NCBI GenBank assembly: GCA_001662655.1
Contig: KV460222.1
From: Pseudogymnoascus verrucosus
Taxonomy: Eukaryota
Reading direction: 5' to 3' (one strand)
DNA: 64,000 bases
Positions 50,013 to 63,706 of the stretch are shown here, in pieces. Positions within the stretch are counted from its first letter, which is position 1. The number at the start of each line of letters is the position of its first letter. The position numbers were made by a program, and so were the translations under genes. Below the pieces are notes generated by a model. It saw nothing but the letters and a program-made list of their open reading frames with translations, was not told the origin of the DNA and made no database searches.

Positions 50013-53000
50013 TTTGGCGGTTGTGGTGGGTGGTGTTGTGTTGTGTTGGGGGTTCGTGATGTTGCTTGGTCGTGATTGTACTCGGTGTGTTGAGTTGCGT
50101 GTGCGTGGGTGTGTGCGGATGGAGAGGAATGAACGATTAATTAATCTATTGATGAGACGTCGTTAGTGACTGTGTGTTTCTGTAGAAGAAATAATAAAAT
50201 GAACTGTGTCCCAGCTGGAAAGTCGTGGGCCAAAACCATATAACGATCGTTGGATTGCTGGTTTGTTGATATCCATCGGTCGGCATTCCGGATAGGTTCA
50301 GTCGTCTGCTCCCCCATCCAAGAAGGGAAGGAATGAAGGAATCCCCAAAGCAGCAGCGATGACATCAAATCACATACCTCAACTAGTAGTATCGACGCTT
50401 TATCTTCCCTCCGTCTCGTAAAATAACACAAATATCCGAATCGTCAAATGAGTGAGCAAAGTAGTCGGAAGAGGGCAAAGCGATGCACAGGCAAGAGAAT
50501 GAACCCGTTTCTGCAAATCTAAACCCCTCCGTAAAAAAGAGAGCGTGGGTATCCCGAAGGAAGAACAAAGGATTGTCGTGAACGAAACGTCCGGGAACAC
50601 AAAAAAACACAAGAGCAGGGCGCTTATTGTCGTCGTTGTCGATGAAGGAAGAAGAAGAGGAAAGGCAGGACACAAACCCACGACGATAGCCCGCCCGCCC
50701 CCCAGCCCAGAGCGGCACGCACGCATTCACTCCAATCCCACCCCAATCCTCCCAATCAATCCAACGGCCTGCCCAGACCCGCCACCGCACACCGGATAGC
50801 AGGAAGCCTCAGCACAATCAACAGGGCAAGGTGTGATCAGAAACCCAATCCGGATAGCGCGCGCGTAGAAGGGGTATAGCGCCAGGAGAACAGACGACTA
50901 ATTCAGGGCCAGGCGCTAGGGGACGGATGGGCCCAGCCAATGAGAGTGTAGTGTAGACGGGTTTTGGAGGTTGGTGGGGGGAAGGGGGGGTGTTGATTGG
51001 TGGGTTGGTGGGGGAGGGGAGATTGGGATGGGAGGGTGATTGGGGCGGGGGGATATTGGGGGGGCAGGGGATGAGACAGGGGGGTTGGAGGGTTCCGTGG
51101 GTGGATGGGGATGGGGATGGGTGGAGGGAGTGTTTGAGATGTTTGAGCTGTTTGAGCTGTTTGCCTGTTTTTGGGAGGGAGAGGGAGGGAGATGGGATGA
51201 AACGCGGTTTCTGATGTGGTGAGGGGGTTGTGGTGAGGAGAGTTGTGGGGAGAGGGGCCAATGGGGAGGAGGGATTTTGGGGATCTGGGGATTTCTGTTT
51301 GTTTTATTTTGGGTTTTGGCAGTATATACTCTCGCTCTATCAACGCGCTCTATCAACTCGCTCTAACACACCCTATCAACTCGCTCTAACGCCCCCTCTC
51401 TCTATCTATTTATCACCATCACGCGCTCACTCCTGACAATGTTCTACCAGAACTCTTTACAACACATGTGCACCAACCCATCCATCGCACTGCACCGATA
51501 TAGATAGCGATACAAACAAGCTATCTCACCCCAACTGCATACTCGCCCAGTCCGTCCCACCACCACCCCCCAACCGCCCTCCCACCTCCCACAGAGATCC
51601 TGCTCCCACCCGTCCCCCTTCGTCCCCCGTCCCTCCCGTCCCGTATAACCCTCCCCCTTCCACATACACTCACGTCATGCGCCTCTTGGGCGCTTCGCCG
51701 ACTACAACTAGGAATAGTTGCGACGAGGGTGGGAAGGGGAAAAAGGGGGGGGGGGGGGGGGGTTCGCAAGAGATCCATCTGTGTCGCAGAACCGCTCCTC
51801 GTCATCTATTCCGGTGTACAGAGCGATATTCTGCACCACGAAGCGTTGGACAGACCCCCAACCCCCACCTTCCCCCTTCACTTCACCGCCCTTTCTAAAC
51901 GCGTATGTATGTTCAAACCCGACATACCCATCCCATCCGCACCGAACGAACCCCTCACCAACTCGGCCCGTCAATCGGCTCTCTCGAGCGTCATCTATCC
52001 ATCCATTAAGAAAGCCTAGCTAGTCCAGTCGTCGAGAGGGATATAAATCACCACACCCCCTCGGGGCCGGAAAAACCATCAGCCCTCCTTCTCCTTACCC
52101 CCAGGGCACAGATCCCCTCCCGTCCCCTGCACCCTCCCCTCCACCCTCCAGCCCTCCACAATCATCGGCGGCATCTGCACGACATCCTCCTCCACCCTCC
52201 GTCCCATCTCTAGACACGGCCACACACACACAGCACAAGCACAAAGCCGGCCTCATGCGTGTGCTGTGTACATAATATATGTACCACTATCTGCGTACAC
52301 AGAACAAGCACATGCACGGTCGGTCGACATCTATAAGTGGATGTATCTATGCTGGGTGTGTTGTGCCCTGCTCCCTTCCTGCAACAGATACACATACAGG
52401 CGCCTGCAGCAGCAGCACGGGTTGGGTTGGGTTGTACCCGTCCGTCTGTTCGTTGTAACGGTGAAGGATGTTGTAGCCGAGGGGTGGTGTGTGATGGGGG
52501 GATGTCTTTTTTTGGTTTTGTCGTATTACAACCGCAGCAGCAGGAGCAGCAGTGGTGGTGAGGAGGGGCGGGAAGGTGAGGCAAACAAGACAGAAATAAG
52601 ACAGGATAAGACAAGCAAACACCCCCCCTCCCCCCTTACTTCCCCCTTACCTCCCCCCATCACATCCCGCCGTCACATCACCCATCACCCTATCCAATCT
52701 AATACCAGTTACGTGAATTCGTACATTGAGAATCCCCCCCAAAAAAATTCCAACCCGCCCCCCGCCCCCCGCCCCCCGGCCCCTTGGCAGACAAACGGTC
52801 GGTGGTCTCACCCTCCCTCCCCGCTGCTCGCTCCAGACCTCAAAGGTATCCCCCATCGGGACCCTCCAGCAGCGGACCGGGGGCGGACATCGGATAGTGG
52901 GACCCGGATATGTACGGGAAAGGGATAGATGCGTGCATGCGTGCGTGCAGTAGTCGACGGTTGCCGCCCGGTCTGGGGGGGCACGACATGTCGTTAGTGT

Positions 53001-53419
53001 GGGATGGGTTAGACAGACAGTACAGTCTGGTTCAGTCCAGTCCGACAGCAGTACAGTAGTAGACAAATCAGATAGGCAGGGCGGAAACGGAAAGCGTGAA
53101 GACTGGGCGACTACCAGTCAACATGTCCGCCGGTGAATGGGAATGCCTGGAATGTTTTTCAACCCCCACACCATACCACGCCTCAACAGTACGCGGTGAT
53201 GTGATGTGCTGTACGTCTTCCCTCCTCAACACTCCCTCCGCCGACGAACCGGATCCCAGTGATCGGAGCGATCTGATCGGAGCGCCACGCTGTGCATGAG
53301 TCCGGTGGTGGGTGGGCCTGGGCTTAAGCCAATCGGTAGTGGGAGGGAAGGGGATGTGGCTGGCTGACTGACTGACTGATGGATGGGGTGGAGGTGTGGT
53401 TGTGGTTGTCGTTGTGGTT

Positions 53420-53484
53420 GTGTGGTGTGGTGTGGTGTGGTGTGGTGTGGTGTGGTGTGGTGTGGTGTGGTGTGGTGTGGTGTG
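53420..53484. repeat. (GTGTG)n pentanucleotide microsatellite
   Basis: Direct reading; boundaries approximate. Confidence 0.9.
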
Positions 53485-56400
53485 CGTAGGTGTGTAGGTG
53501 TCCACAGAGAGAGGGAGAATGGAATGGGTGGAATGGGTGAGAAGACGAGGGTGTGCGGTACGAGGAATGGCATGATGCATGTATGTTTTTTTACGCTGGT
53601 ATTAGGGGGTTTTGATATAGATATCGTATGACTCCCGAGGGCGAGGAGGAATGGGCTGTCCTGTCTGGTCAGTGAGTGCGTGGGATGGCATGGCATGTAG
53701 AAACCACCTCAATAGTAGGTGAGGTGAGGCTAGAGAAGCTGTAAATGCCACATCACCACATCACCACCGCCACTCCCACCATCGTTCCTGGTCTTGTACC
53801 TATCCCGTCAACCAGGCCATCTCATCCCACGGTACCGTCAGTTAGCAAGTTAGATAAACGAGTGTAGTCTCCCACCGGCGCGCACAACTATTTTTTTCGT
53901 TTTTCTTTTTTTTCGAAATATTATTCTAGAACAAGAACGCGTATATATACACCGCACCATAACCCAACCTCATCACGCTGTTTCGTTTGCTGTTCCAAGG
54001 GGCCTCCCCCCCGCCCTCCCTTGGTTTGATGGATGTCTAGTACGGTAAGTTAAAAATGAGGGCGTGCGAATAGTGCGCCCATTCCATCTATCTAGCGATC
54101 CATCCATACCCATCTACCTCGGCTGATGCGGGGGAATGGGGCGAGAGCACGGGTAGTGGTAGTGGTTTCCTAGCTCTTCGCCGCCTGTCTGTCTTCCTTG
54201 GCCCCTTTTCAATGGGTGTTTGCTCGACGGACGACTCGATGGGGGATAGCTGGGCGGAGGGGGTGGTTTGTTTGTCGCTGTCTCACCCCACTTCTTACTC
54301 ATATCACCTATCGGCCGCGCTTAGCCGTGCTGGATTTTCGGATGAAGTGAAAGGGGAAACCGGGGGGGGGGGTGGATTTGTGTGTTTGCTCTTGTGCGCC
54401 ATTCTATTCTGTGGTAGTGTGTTAGCAGTGTTAGTAGTGTTCCGTTGTAGTGTGCGTCGTTGTGTGTAGTTTTATTTAGCCTTCTTTATTTTTGACAGTC
54501 CGGCCAGCGAGAAAGGGCGTTGGATCGGTGAAAGCTTAATACCCAATTTCCTGGCACCAGTCTTACCCCTCTCGGAATAGTGCGAGTTACTGGGCTGAGC
54601 CGGGCTGAGCTGGGCTGAAAGTGGAAAAGCCCGGTTTTTGTCTGTCTAGTTTTACACTAGTGTGGTAATTATGGGATATGTGGTTTTACATTTTAGCAGT
54701 AGTATGATGCGACGAGAGAGATGACAACTTTGGTGGCCCCCACTCCCCGTATTGCCCAGTCCAGCCCAGAGGGAGGTAGAGGAGGTACTTCCAGGTGATG
54801 GGTGTGCGCTCTTTCACCGGCCGGGGACAGGAACGCTTAAGGTACTTGGGGGGTACTTTGCTGGAGGGTGTGGGTTGTATGGGGATTGTATAGATGGATG
54901 ATGTCGCGGGGGGGTATTCCCCGATGTCTGAGGTGGGAGTTTCTCCGTCTTTCCCTTGTCTTGTTTTCTCCCCTTTGTCGCGCGTCAACCCCCTCGAACA
55001 AACTTAAGTACTGATCGTTTGGTTTTGTTTGGGTACTTCGTGTTGGGTGATTCGTGTGGTGTGGTCGCATGTACCTCTGCACCTCCTCCACCCCCCTCCA
55101 CCCCCTTCACCCCCTTCATCCTGCCCTGCGCGCACAGTCCCTCTAGGTATTTGTATGCAATATAGTACAATATAGTATATATTACGATAGAGTACTGTAC
55201 ATGCGGTACTGTGAGTATTAGATTGATATAGGGAGAGATAGAGTAGATAGAGTAGATATAGAGTAGACTCTAGACTTCCGATAAGCGCAGTTACGAACTG
55301 TATATAACTAGAACTATATAAACCGATAGAAACTAATCTGACATAAACTGTGTTCTGTTATGAACTCCCTGAACTATACTTTACCAAGAACTGACACAAT
55401 CTGGCCCAGTAGATTCTCCGCACGTCGATGATGGACCTTCTCCACTGCAAACTAACTACAACTCACTAACTAGACTATACACTACCACTACTAACCACCT
55501 CTCCGTGTCTCCACCTGGCTATCAATGATCGAATGAAGAAAGTATCTGCCTTGCTGTAACAAGTAACACGCACCAGGTAAGTAACAGGTAACAGGTAGTA
55601 AAAAAGGTGACCAAGGGAGAATAATCAACTATTCGACTTATCGAAAGGTGTTCTGTATAATATTGTGTTTAGTATTCTAGTATAGTATGGCATGGCATGT
55701 TTGTATGGTACTATCTATACTCTACTACTCTACTACTCTACTACTCTACAAGTATCTTATGTTGCACTAGTCGCCGCTACTTGACAGACTCCCGTACTCT
55801 ACCATACTACCACCATACTACTACACACCTGCTAAAGTAGAGTACACTACACTACTCCAACCTGACCACGAGCACACAAACCTTTGAACCCTCGAAAAAT
55901 AAAAAAAGATAGAAGAAACATAGACTGACTGCCGCCAAAATATCAAGCCATTCTTTAGGGCATCACCCCAATCGTCGTCTTCTTCAAATTCACCGCCATC
56001 CCCAGTCTCTGTCGCACCTTCTCAGCCTCGCCTCTCCTCTCTCCTTCAACTCCAAATCCGCTCGAACCGCCTCACTGTACCTACCAGATCCGTACCTGGC
56101 AACATATATCGACCTGTCGACTAACCTACATTACAAAAGCGTACAACCCTTCTTCCTGCCGAAACCCTTCCAACCTACCTACCTCCCGCCCACCGACAGA
56201 CACCAAGGGAATATTCCACATCTGACAGACACGTCTGTCCCTCGATCGAAGATTCCTCGAAACCTCGAAACTCAATCTCGACCGCACGTCCATCTACCTA
56301 CCTACCCCCCTCTCCTCCGCCTCCCCCTTCGGTCACCTCTCCAACAAACATCTCTCCCAGCGCTCAACTCTCAACTCTCAACCCTCGATCCTCACCCAGC

Positions 56401-57389
56401 ATTCCCTCTTTCGACTTCCCCCTTGCAGCTTTTCCGACCCCCCGACCAGACTCCATTGGACAAGTTGCGAAACAGGAACTCAACGTCTCCTTCCTTTCGC
56501 CTCCAGTGCAACAAGCAAGAGTCCAAAAATACAAGCCCGAGTAACTCCAACTGCAGATGTGCAACAGTGTACAGATAGACACAAACCGTGGACATCAACA
56601 GCCTGCCTGCACGCCCCGCGCAACTCACTCTACACCGCATACAACCGCCTACACCACCTCGACCTATACCTATACATACACCACCTACACTACATACCTA
56701 CTCTCGTCCTCCCCACCGCTCTCCTCCTCTCGAGAGTCTACCAACACGTAGAACGTGTTGTGTTGTACGGCTACCTGCTCGGAGTTTAGTTGTCTGGTGC
56801 GCTTACTCCCACGCCGCATATGACAAACGCAAAAGGTGTCGTGCGACCAGCTTGATTCATTCGGACAGTCCTTCCTTCCACACACAACCCCCCCCCCCCT
56901 GCCTTGTCCGACTCAGCATCTTGTCTCTGTCGCCCTGTTTGCAGGTTTCCCCCCTTCAGCGGTTCCTTCAACTACTCCCCGGTCCCCTTCACCCTCAGAT
57001 GCTCGACCTTCTTCTTCCTTCTCCTCGCCGCCTACTTCTTCTACAACCTTTCTTTGTACATGCAACTTACACTGGTTGAGAGTCACATATTTCAGGAAGA
57101 GACCCTTTCACTGTGGTACGTTTAACCGTTGTCAGCCAGTCGCTTCCACTTTCCTCAGCCGCTTCCGTCGGACGCACCTTCCTTCCTCCACATTTGCAAG
57201 ATGTACCAGCGCCATGCTAACTAAGCCGTTTTTTCTCTACAGTTACATAGAGAATCAGACCAACGGGATATCGAGTAAATAGAAGACGCTAGCTGTCGAC
57301 GACCTCTACACACACATATACACCATCTCGAATACTCGTACATAATACGACAAGACAACACCTCCGAACTTTCTGGCTACACTTTGCAC

Positions 57390-60300
57390 ATGACTATCAA
57401 TAGACCTACTGGAACCATGAACTCGGTAAGTTTCTTTGCCCCTTCCCATTCCGGCGTGAATAAGCTCCGTTGCTAACATCTGTTCCTTCCAGGCTCGTGG
57501 GACTCGTTTCGGGGACTTCCCGTCTACCGCTGGACGAAATAATAATATAGACGACCAGCAGCCCACACAAAATACTACACTTGGCCAAGGCTTTGGTACA
57601 AATAATACTTGGAAAGCCCACGGAGGAATCTGGGGTAACGGTAATGCTATTGGAAGTGGATATAGCGTTGGAAAGAGGGACGCCTCGCGCGCTAGAGGTG
57701 TGTTTATTTGCCCCGTATCTCCTGATTCAGACCCTGACAATTGCCTCATAGTTATTGATGATGATGACTTGGCTGCCCCAAGTGGCTCGGGGGCACTAGC
57801 CGCCTCCTCCGAGGCCGACCCATGGGGGACTCGCAACAATGGACCCTGGAATCCAGTTGACCCCACATCGCCGAACCACAGTGGAGAGACATCCCCAAGC
57901 CGTCACCGGGGGAGCAATGCGAGCGCGGCCGCCAACGGCCTGCTCTCGGAAGCACAGAACACATCGCCGTACCTGGCCACGTCGAGGCCGGCCATCGGAC
58001 AGGGCCCGGGAATGAACCACCGCCCCATGTCGAAGAGCAACCTCGACCCAGCGTCGGGGGCGTTCAAGTACCCATACAGCTCGGTTAGCTTTGGCGACAG
58101 CAGCGAGCAGGGTGGCTTGCAGGCGATTAATGGCGGATTTGACTTACAGGATGGATTCATGTATGATCAACGCCGTGAAATTGGCTCGGGCTACAGAAGC
58201 ACGCAAGGAGGTGCCTCGCGTGAGCCGAGTCTGCCACCCTCGAGGCGTCCTGAGACTGCCTCGGGTGCGGCGACCAACTCTTCGATATTTGGCCAGGTCC
58301 CGTATTCGGCATTCGGCCATACCCCACAGAACTCTTTACATATTCAGAAGCCCAGCTTGACCGGCAGGACCCAGTCGTTCGGATCGGCAAGCAATGGGCG
58401 GAGCTACAATACCGGCTCGGACAGGTCGCAGGATGTGGATGCCCATTACACTCGTGGCACCTTGCTCGACAAAAGCCTCCAGGGTGCGCTTACCGACGCG
58501 GTGAGCGCTATCGAACAGCCTCGAGTGTCTCCAACCACATATCCGGAGTATAATGGACAGCAATCACAGCCAAATGGACAACATATAATGTGGGACGAGA
58601 ATTCGATGCACAAACGGAACAGCTACTTCGGAGGCAGCTACGGTGATGGTGCCTTCTCGAACCAACTGAATTCGAGGAGGCCCTCGCGAGCCGGTGAGTT
58701 GGATGGCTTGTCGGCGCTGGCTGACCGCCCGAGCCAGCCGATAAGCCCACGGTTTTATAACGCAAGTGGAGTGATCAGTGCAGAGCTCAACGCGTACGCC
58801 AACGCCAAGGCGCAACATCTGCAGGGGCTCTCTGAAATTGAGCGCGGGCTCCAGAGGCTGGAGCTTGGGCAGCACCAGCAACAGGCTGGATTCTATAATC
58901 CCCAGGCGATGTACAACCCCCACTTCCAGGCACAATACCAGACGCAGCAGTGGGACTTCGGACCACAGTCATTCCGCGGGGCCCCGCAGGGCTTCGCGCC
59001 TTACGCGGTCCAGATGCCTTCTTACGCTCCTGTCTCGGTGCCCAGGGGCCCTGCCCGGGACCAAGATATCGGCCATGGCGTGAGGAGTTTGCTGTTGGAG
59101 GAGTTTAGAAACAACGCCAAGTCGAACACGAGGCAGTATGAGCTGAAGAACATTTACGGCCACGTCGTCGAATTCAGCGGTGACCAGCACGGCTCGAGGT
59201 TCATCCAAATGAAGCTCGAGACTGCCAACAGTGATGAGAAGGAGCAGATCTTTAGAGAGATTCAGCCAAATGCGTTGCAGCTGATGACTGATGTCTTTGG
59301 CAACTATGTCATCCAGAAGCTCTTTGAGCACGGAAACCAGATTCAGAAGAAGATACTGGCCGAAATCATGAAGAACCACGTCATCGAGCTCTCGCTGCAG
59401 ATGTACGGCTGCCGCGTCGTACAGAAGGCGCTCGAGCACGTTCTCGCCGACCAGCAGGCCGAGCTCGTAAAAGAGCTCCAGGCCGACGTGCTGAAGTGTG
59501 TCAAGGACCAGAACGGCAACCACGTGATCCAGAAGGCTATCGAGAGATGCCCGACGGAACAGGTCCAGTTCATCCTCGACGCCTTCCGTATGCAAGTGCA
59601 TACGCTCGCGACGCACCCGTACGGCTGCCGCGTCATCCAGCGCATGCTCGAGTACTGCACGCCTCCTGACCAGGCGTCGGTGTTGAAGGAGCTATTCGCG
59701 TGCGCGCAGATGCTGATCATCGACCAGTACGGTAACTACGTCGTGCAGCACGTTATTCAGCACGGCAAGCCGGAGGACCAGGCGAAGCTGATCTCGATGG
59801 TTACAAACCAGGTCCTGACGCTGTCGAAGCACAAGTTTGCGTCGAATGTCGTGGAGCGCAGCATCTCGTGCGGAACGACGGAGCAGAGGCAGACGATCGT
59901 GGCGAAAATAGTGGCGCTGGAGAGTGATGGGAGTAGCCCGCTGCAGCTGATGATGAAGGATCAGTATGGAAACTATGTTATTCGTAAGTCATCCCTCGTC
60001 CTCCCATTACTCATACCCCGACCCTTCCCCTATAGTAAAGCAACTAACACTCCTCTCCAGAAAAACTCCTCGGCCAACTCCAGGGCGCTGAGCGCGACGC
60101 CTTCGTCGAGGACATCAAGCCGCAGCTCCTGCAGCTCAAGAAGTACAACTACGGCAAGCAGATCGCCGCCATCGAGAAGCTCATCTTCGTCGCTCCCACC
60201 GGACCCAGCACCAGCTTGCACCGCCAAACCGCCAGCAACGCATCCGCTGCGCCCGCTTATGGCCGTGGAGCAGCACCACCCCAGGGACCGGCGATCACGC

Positions 60301-60506
60301 TCGACGTCAGCTCCGTGGCGCCGACGCCCATGCTCACTATGGAGCAGAATAGCCCCGAGAGCAGCAACCTGCCCAGCGCCACTGGATCGACTGTCGATGA
60401 GTCGGGCGATGTCGGTGGCAGCTCTGTGAAGGAGACTGACGTGCCTGAAGTGCAGATTGAGAGCGAGACTTCGTCGCTCGACACGGAATCGACTATTAGG
60501 TGTTAG
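57390..60506 (+). CDS. PUF3: Pumilio-family RNA-binding protein, Puf3/Pumilio type (4 coding exons)
   Basis: Eight PUF repeats with recognition residues SRFIQ, NYVIQ, CRVVQ, NHVIQ, CRVIQ, NYVVQ, SNVVE, NYVIQ (the UGUANAUA code). In-frame ATGs at 57390/57417; last intron 59984-60060. Confidence 0.92.
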
Positions 60507-62540
60507 GTTTTTACATTTTTATTTCTTCTTTTTGCACACAGAGGATCGGTGGTGTCGAAAATGGGAATTAAAAATGGGTTGGAACGATGTGTGGGGGATA
60601 CTGGTGCTTGTGTCTATTTGGGGCCCCAAAAAGTTGTTTTTTGTGGTTTTCTCCTGGTGCCGTTCTTGCTTTTTGAATCCCCATGGTGGGGGAAGAGGGG
60701 GGTTTATATCTATGGGCTCGGCTTTGCTTTTGGGGAGTGATTATAATTTGTGTTTCAAAGCGGGGAAATAGGATGGGAAAGGGTGACTTATAAAAAAACC
60801 GGTGTGGGGTCATTATTAAGGGGGTGGGTGGGGTAAATGGGGGGGATAATGAGGGGTATAGGGAGTGTTTGTTGTTTTTTGTTCAAATTGTTTTCTTGCT
60901 GCTTGTTGGTTTTATTGTGGTTTTCCATCTTGGCTGCTTTGTTCGTATGGGAGAAGGCCGGGGGATACAGACGCCTTTTTAGGGGATTGCTTCTTCTTCT
61001 GTCCTTTTTTGGGGGTTGGAATTTGCTGGGGGGTGTTTTTGATTTTGGTTTTGATAACTCTTTTTTGGGAGGGTGGAGATGATTAATGGAATGGGATGGG
61101 ATGTTTATCGGGGGAGGGTATGAACAGGGGCTTTGGATCTTTCTGGATGCGTGGTGCGAATGCTTGCTATGCAATGCGATGCGAGTCTGGGGGCGGGGCA
61201 GATGATGGAGCGTGATATGAGCGGTTAATGAATGTATACACTGGAACGCAGCAGCAGTTGGGGTTTTATTGTGCTTTCTCTGGTTTGAATCTTGTGAGCT
61301 GGGTCTGGGTCTGGGTCACTAGACTGAACTGGGCTTATTTGAGGTTTGGGCTGATGAAAGCGTGGGACTGTGACTTACTGACTGACTGGCTGATTCTGGT
61401 GCTCTTTTCTGATGCTGTTTGTTTACTGTGGGGGATTTGGGGGTTGGGGATAGATGGATGGGATGGGATGGGATAGGATGGGAGGGGGGTTTTTGTATGC
61501 TACGGCTAGATGGAAAGATTGCTGTGTTTACTCTCTGCGTTTTGTGTGTGTGTTGTGTATGTCATTGTGATTGTGCCTGTGCTTTGTAATGTGCTGTGCC
61601 CGTGCCTGTGCCTGTGCCGTGTTTTCCAAACATGAAGGTCTACGATGATACACACCTAATCGTGGTCGGAAGCAAAGTGCGTTTCGCGAGATTTTACATC
61701 GTAAATGTGTCAAAAGTCGGAACTTCTTCATTTTTCTATACCTTTAATATAAGCCTATTTTACGGACTATTTTTAGTAATTAATAACTCTATAGTTTTAT
61801 AAAAATTTAAATACTTCTAGTGTAATAGTTTATATATGTTTTTTATTAAAAATTAATTCTACTACATTTCATTTCTGTCTTTTTATTACCCTTAACTCAC
61901 ATTATAGGTACTAGAAAAAAATCAGGTACCTGCTATATCAGCCGTCTTATTTGAGGCAAAATTTCCGGGGCACCTGCTATGGATGTTAAAGGGCCTTTCT
62001 AATGGACCATGCCTTAGTTGCCGCTGCGTCAAGAAGACGGGTTGACACAATCCCAGGCATAGACCAGGCCACAGAGCAGGTAGAGCAACTGCTAGATTCG
62101 CTCAGCCTTGTTAATTGGCTTCTTAAATGAGTCGCCGGGCCGCCACATCCACGGATCCACCTAGTATGGTTCTAACAGTGCATTGCGAAGTAACTACACG
62201 ATCTTCTTACAATACGGTAATGGGTACCTGTCTGGCTCATGAATCAGATAGGATAATATATGATAGCTATAGTTGGTTCTAGATACAGTCGCTTGCAAAA
62301 TTGGCTTCCCGTCCTTTGTCTCAGCTGCAGGGAATTCAGGCTACTGTACTCGGTGTAACGTCCACTTGATTTAATTCGATGTTAAGCGGATCCAGTAGAC
62401 TACCCATACATGAATATTGATGCCTAGATTAGAGTACCAATTTTAAAGAATGAGGCTGTGAGCATCTTGCATTTTCAGAACGCAACAACAGATACCTAAA
62501 TCTCATATGCTGAAGTTTGCATGCTGTAGGACCTTCGAAG

Positions 62541-63706
62541 ATGGTTAGTGATATACCCAAGATGCTCCGACTTACGGATGTTGCCGTGGCTAGCAAGAAC
62601 TTACCCCGCTTTAGTCTCTTAACCAGGTATACCCCGAGAACAATCCGGATGCTAGTAAAGCTGCCAAAGTCGAGTGAGTATGCCTCCTATAATGATTGGT
62701 AGCCAATATACTAACAATCTGGTGTGTAGTATTATCTTAGTTCACGGCCTGAATCCCAAAAGTAAGGACGATGAAGCACATGCGTTGAATACCTGGACCG
62801 AGAATGGCAGACTCTGGCCTAAGGACGATCTACCAAAGAGGCTCCCTGATGCACGAATATCTCTCTATGTATATGATTCATCAGCAGTTTATGGTGGTAG
62901 CCAGGCAACTTTTGCCGACAAGGCAAATGAGCTCCTGGAGACCATTAGATGCGACCGGGAGGACTGGGAGGGGAGGCCTCTCATTCTCATGGGACATAGC
63001 CTCGGTGGTATTTTGATTGAGCAAGCCTTGATAAATGCTCGACAAAATGAGACCTATCAGCATATTTATGACGCAACGTATGATCTTATCTACCTGTAAT
63101 ACTTCTAAGTACTGACAGAGAACCCTAGGGCGTGCCTGGCCTTTTTCGGAACTCCCCATGAAGGTGGTTCAGGAGGGATGGTTACCGCGGGGAAGACAGC
63201 TGCAAATGTGGCTTTATGGCTAGGATTTCAAAAGGGGGACAACATTATTGAGACCTTGGACAAGGGTTCTATGTTCACGGATATCCTCAAAGACCACTTT
63301 CGGCAGCAATTTGAGAGTTACCGGATGGTATCTTTCTGGGGTGACAAAGACACAGTATGTTCTACCTCGCGTAATGAGTAACGGTGTAAGACCTCATAAT
63401 TGACTAAAATTTACTAATTGCCCCTTGACTTAGATTGTCTCAAGAGAGAGCTCTAAATTTGGGCTCGCTGGGGGTCGTGAGCGAATCGTTGAGTTGAAAG
63501 CAGATCATCACGGAGTTGCAGCTTTTGGCCACACTACGAAGGATGAAGGTAACCTGAAAAAGGTAACAAGTAATGTGAAATGGTTGTATGATGAGGCCCT
63601 GAAACTGGGTATGTTGGAATCACTCACCTCCCCTCCTAAGGGTATTGTGGCAGATCCTGACAAGGATGCTCTGCTCCGAAAGAGACTGGAAGCCCTTAGA
63701 AACTGA
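62541..63706 (+). CDS. SesB-like/DUF676 alpha/beta hydrolase, short form (a spliced long form probably continues past the window end)
   Basis: IILVHGL, LWPKDDLP..LPDARI, RPLILMGHSLGGILI (GxSxG), FFGTPH, ADHH. Start inferred as ATG followed directly by an intron at 62544-62614. Confidence 0.8.

Noticed and set aside
49016..56971. Poly-T/Q/C/L and HHTTP-repeat ORFs in the ORF track (other than 49512-50012)
   Set aside because: They are translations of microsatellites and low-complexity intergenic DNA.
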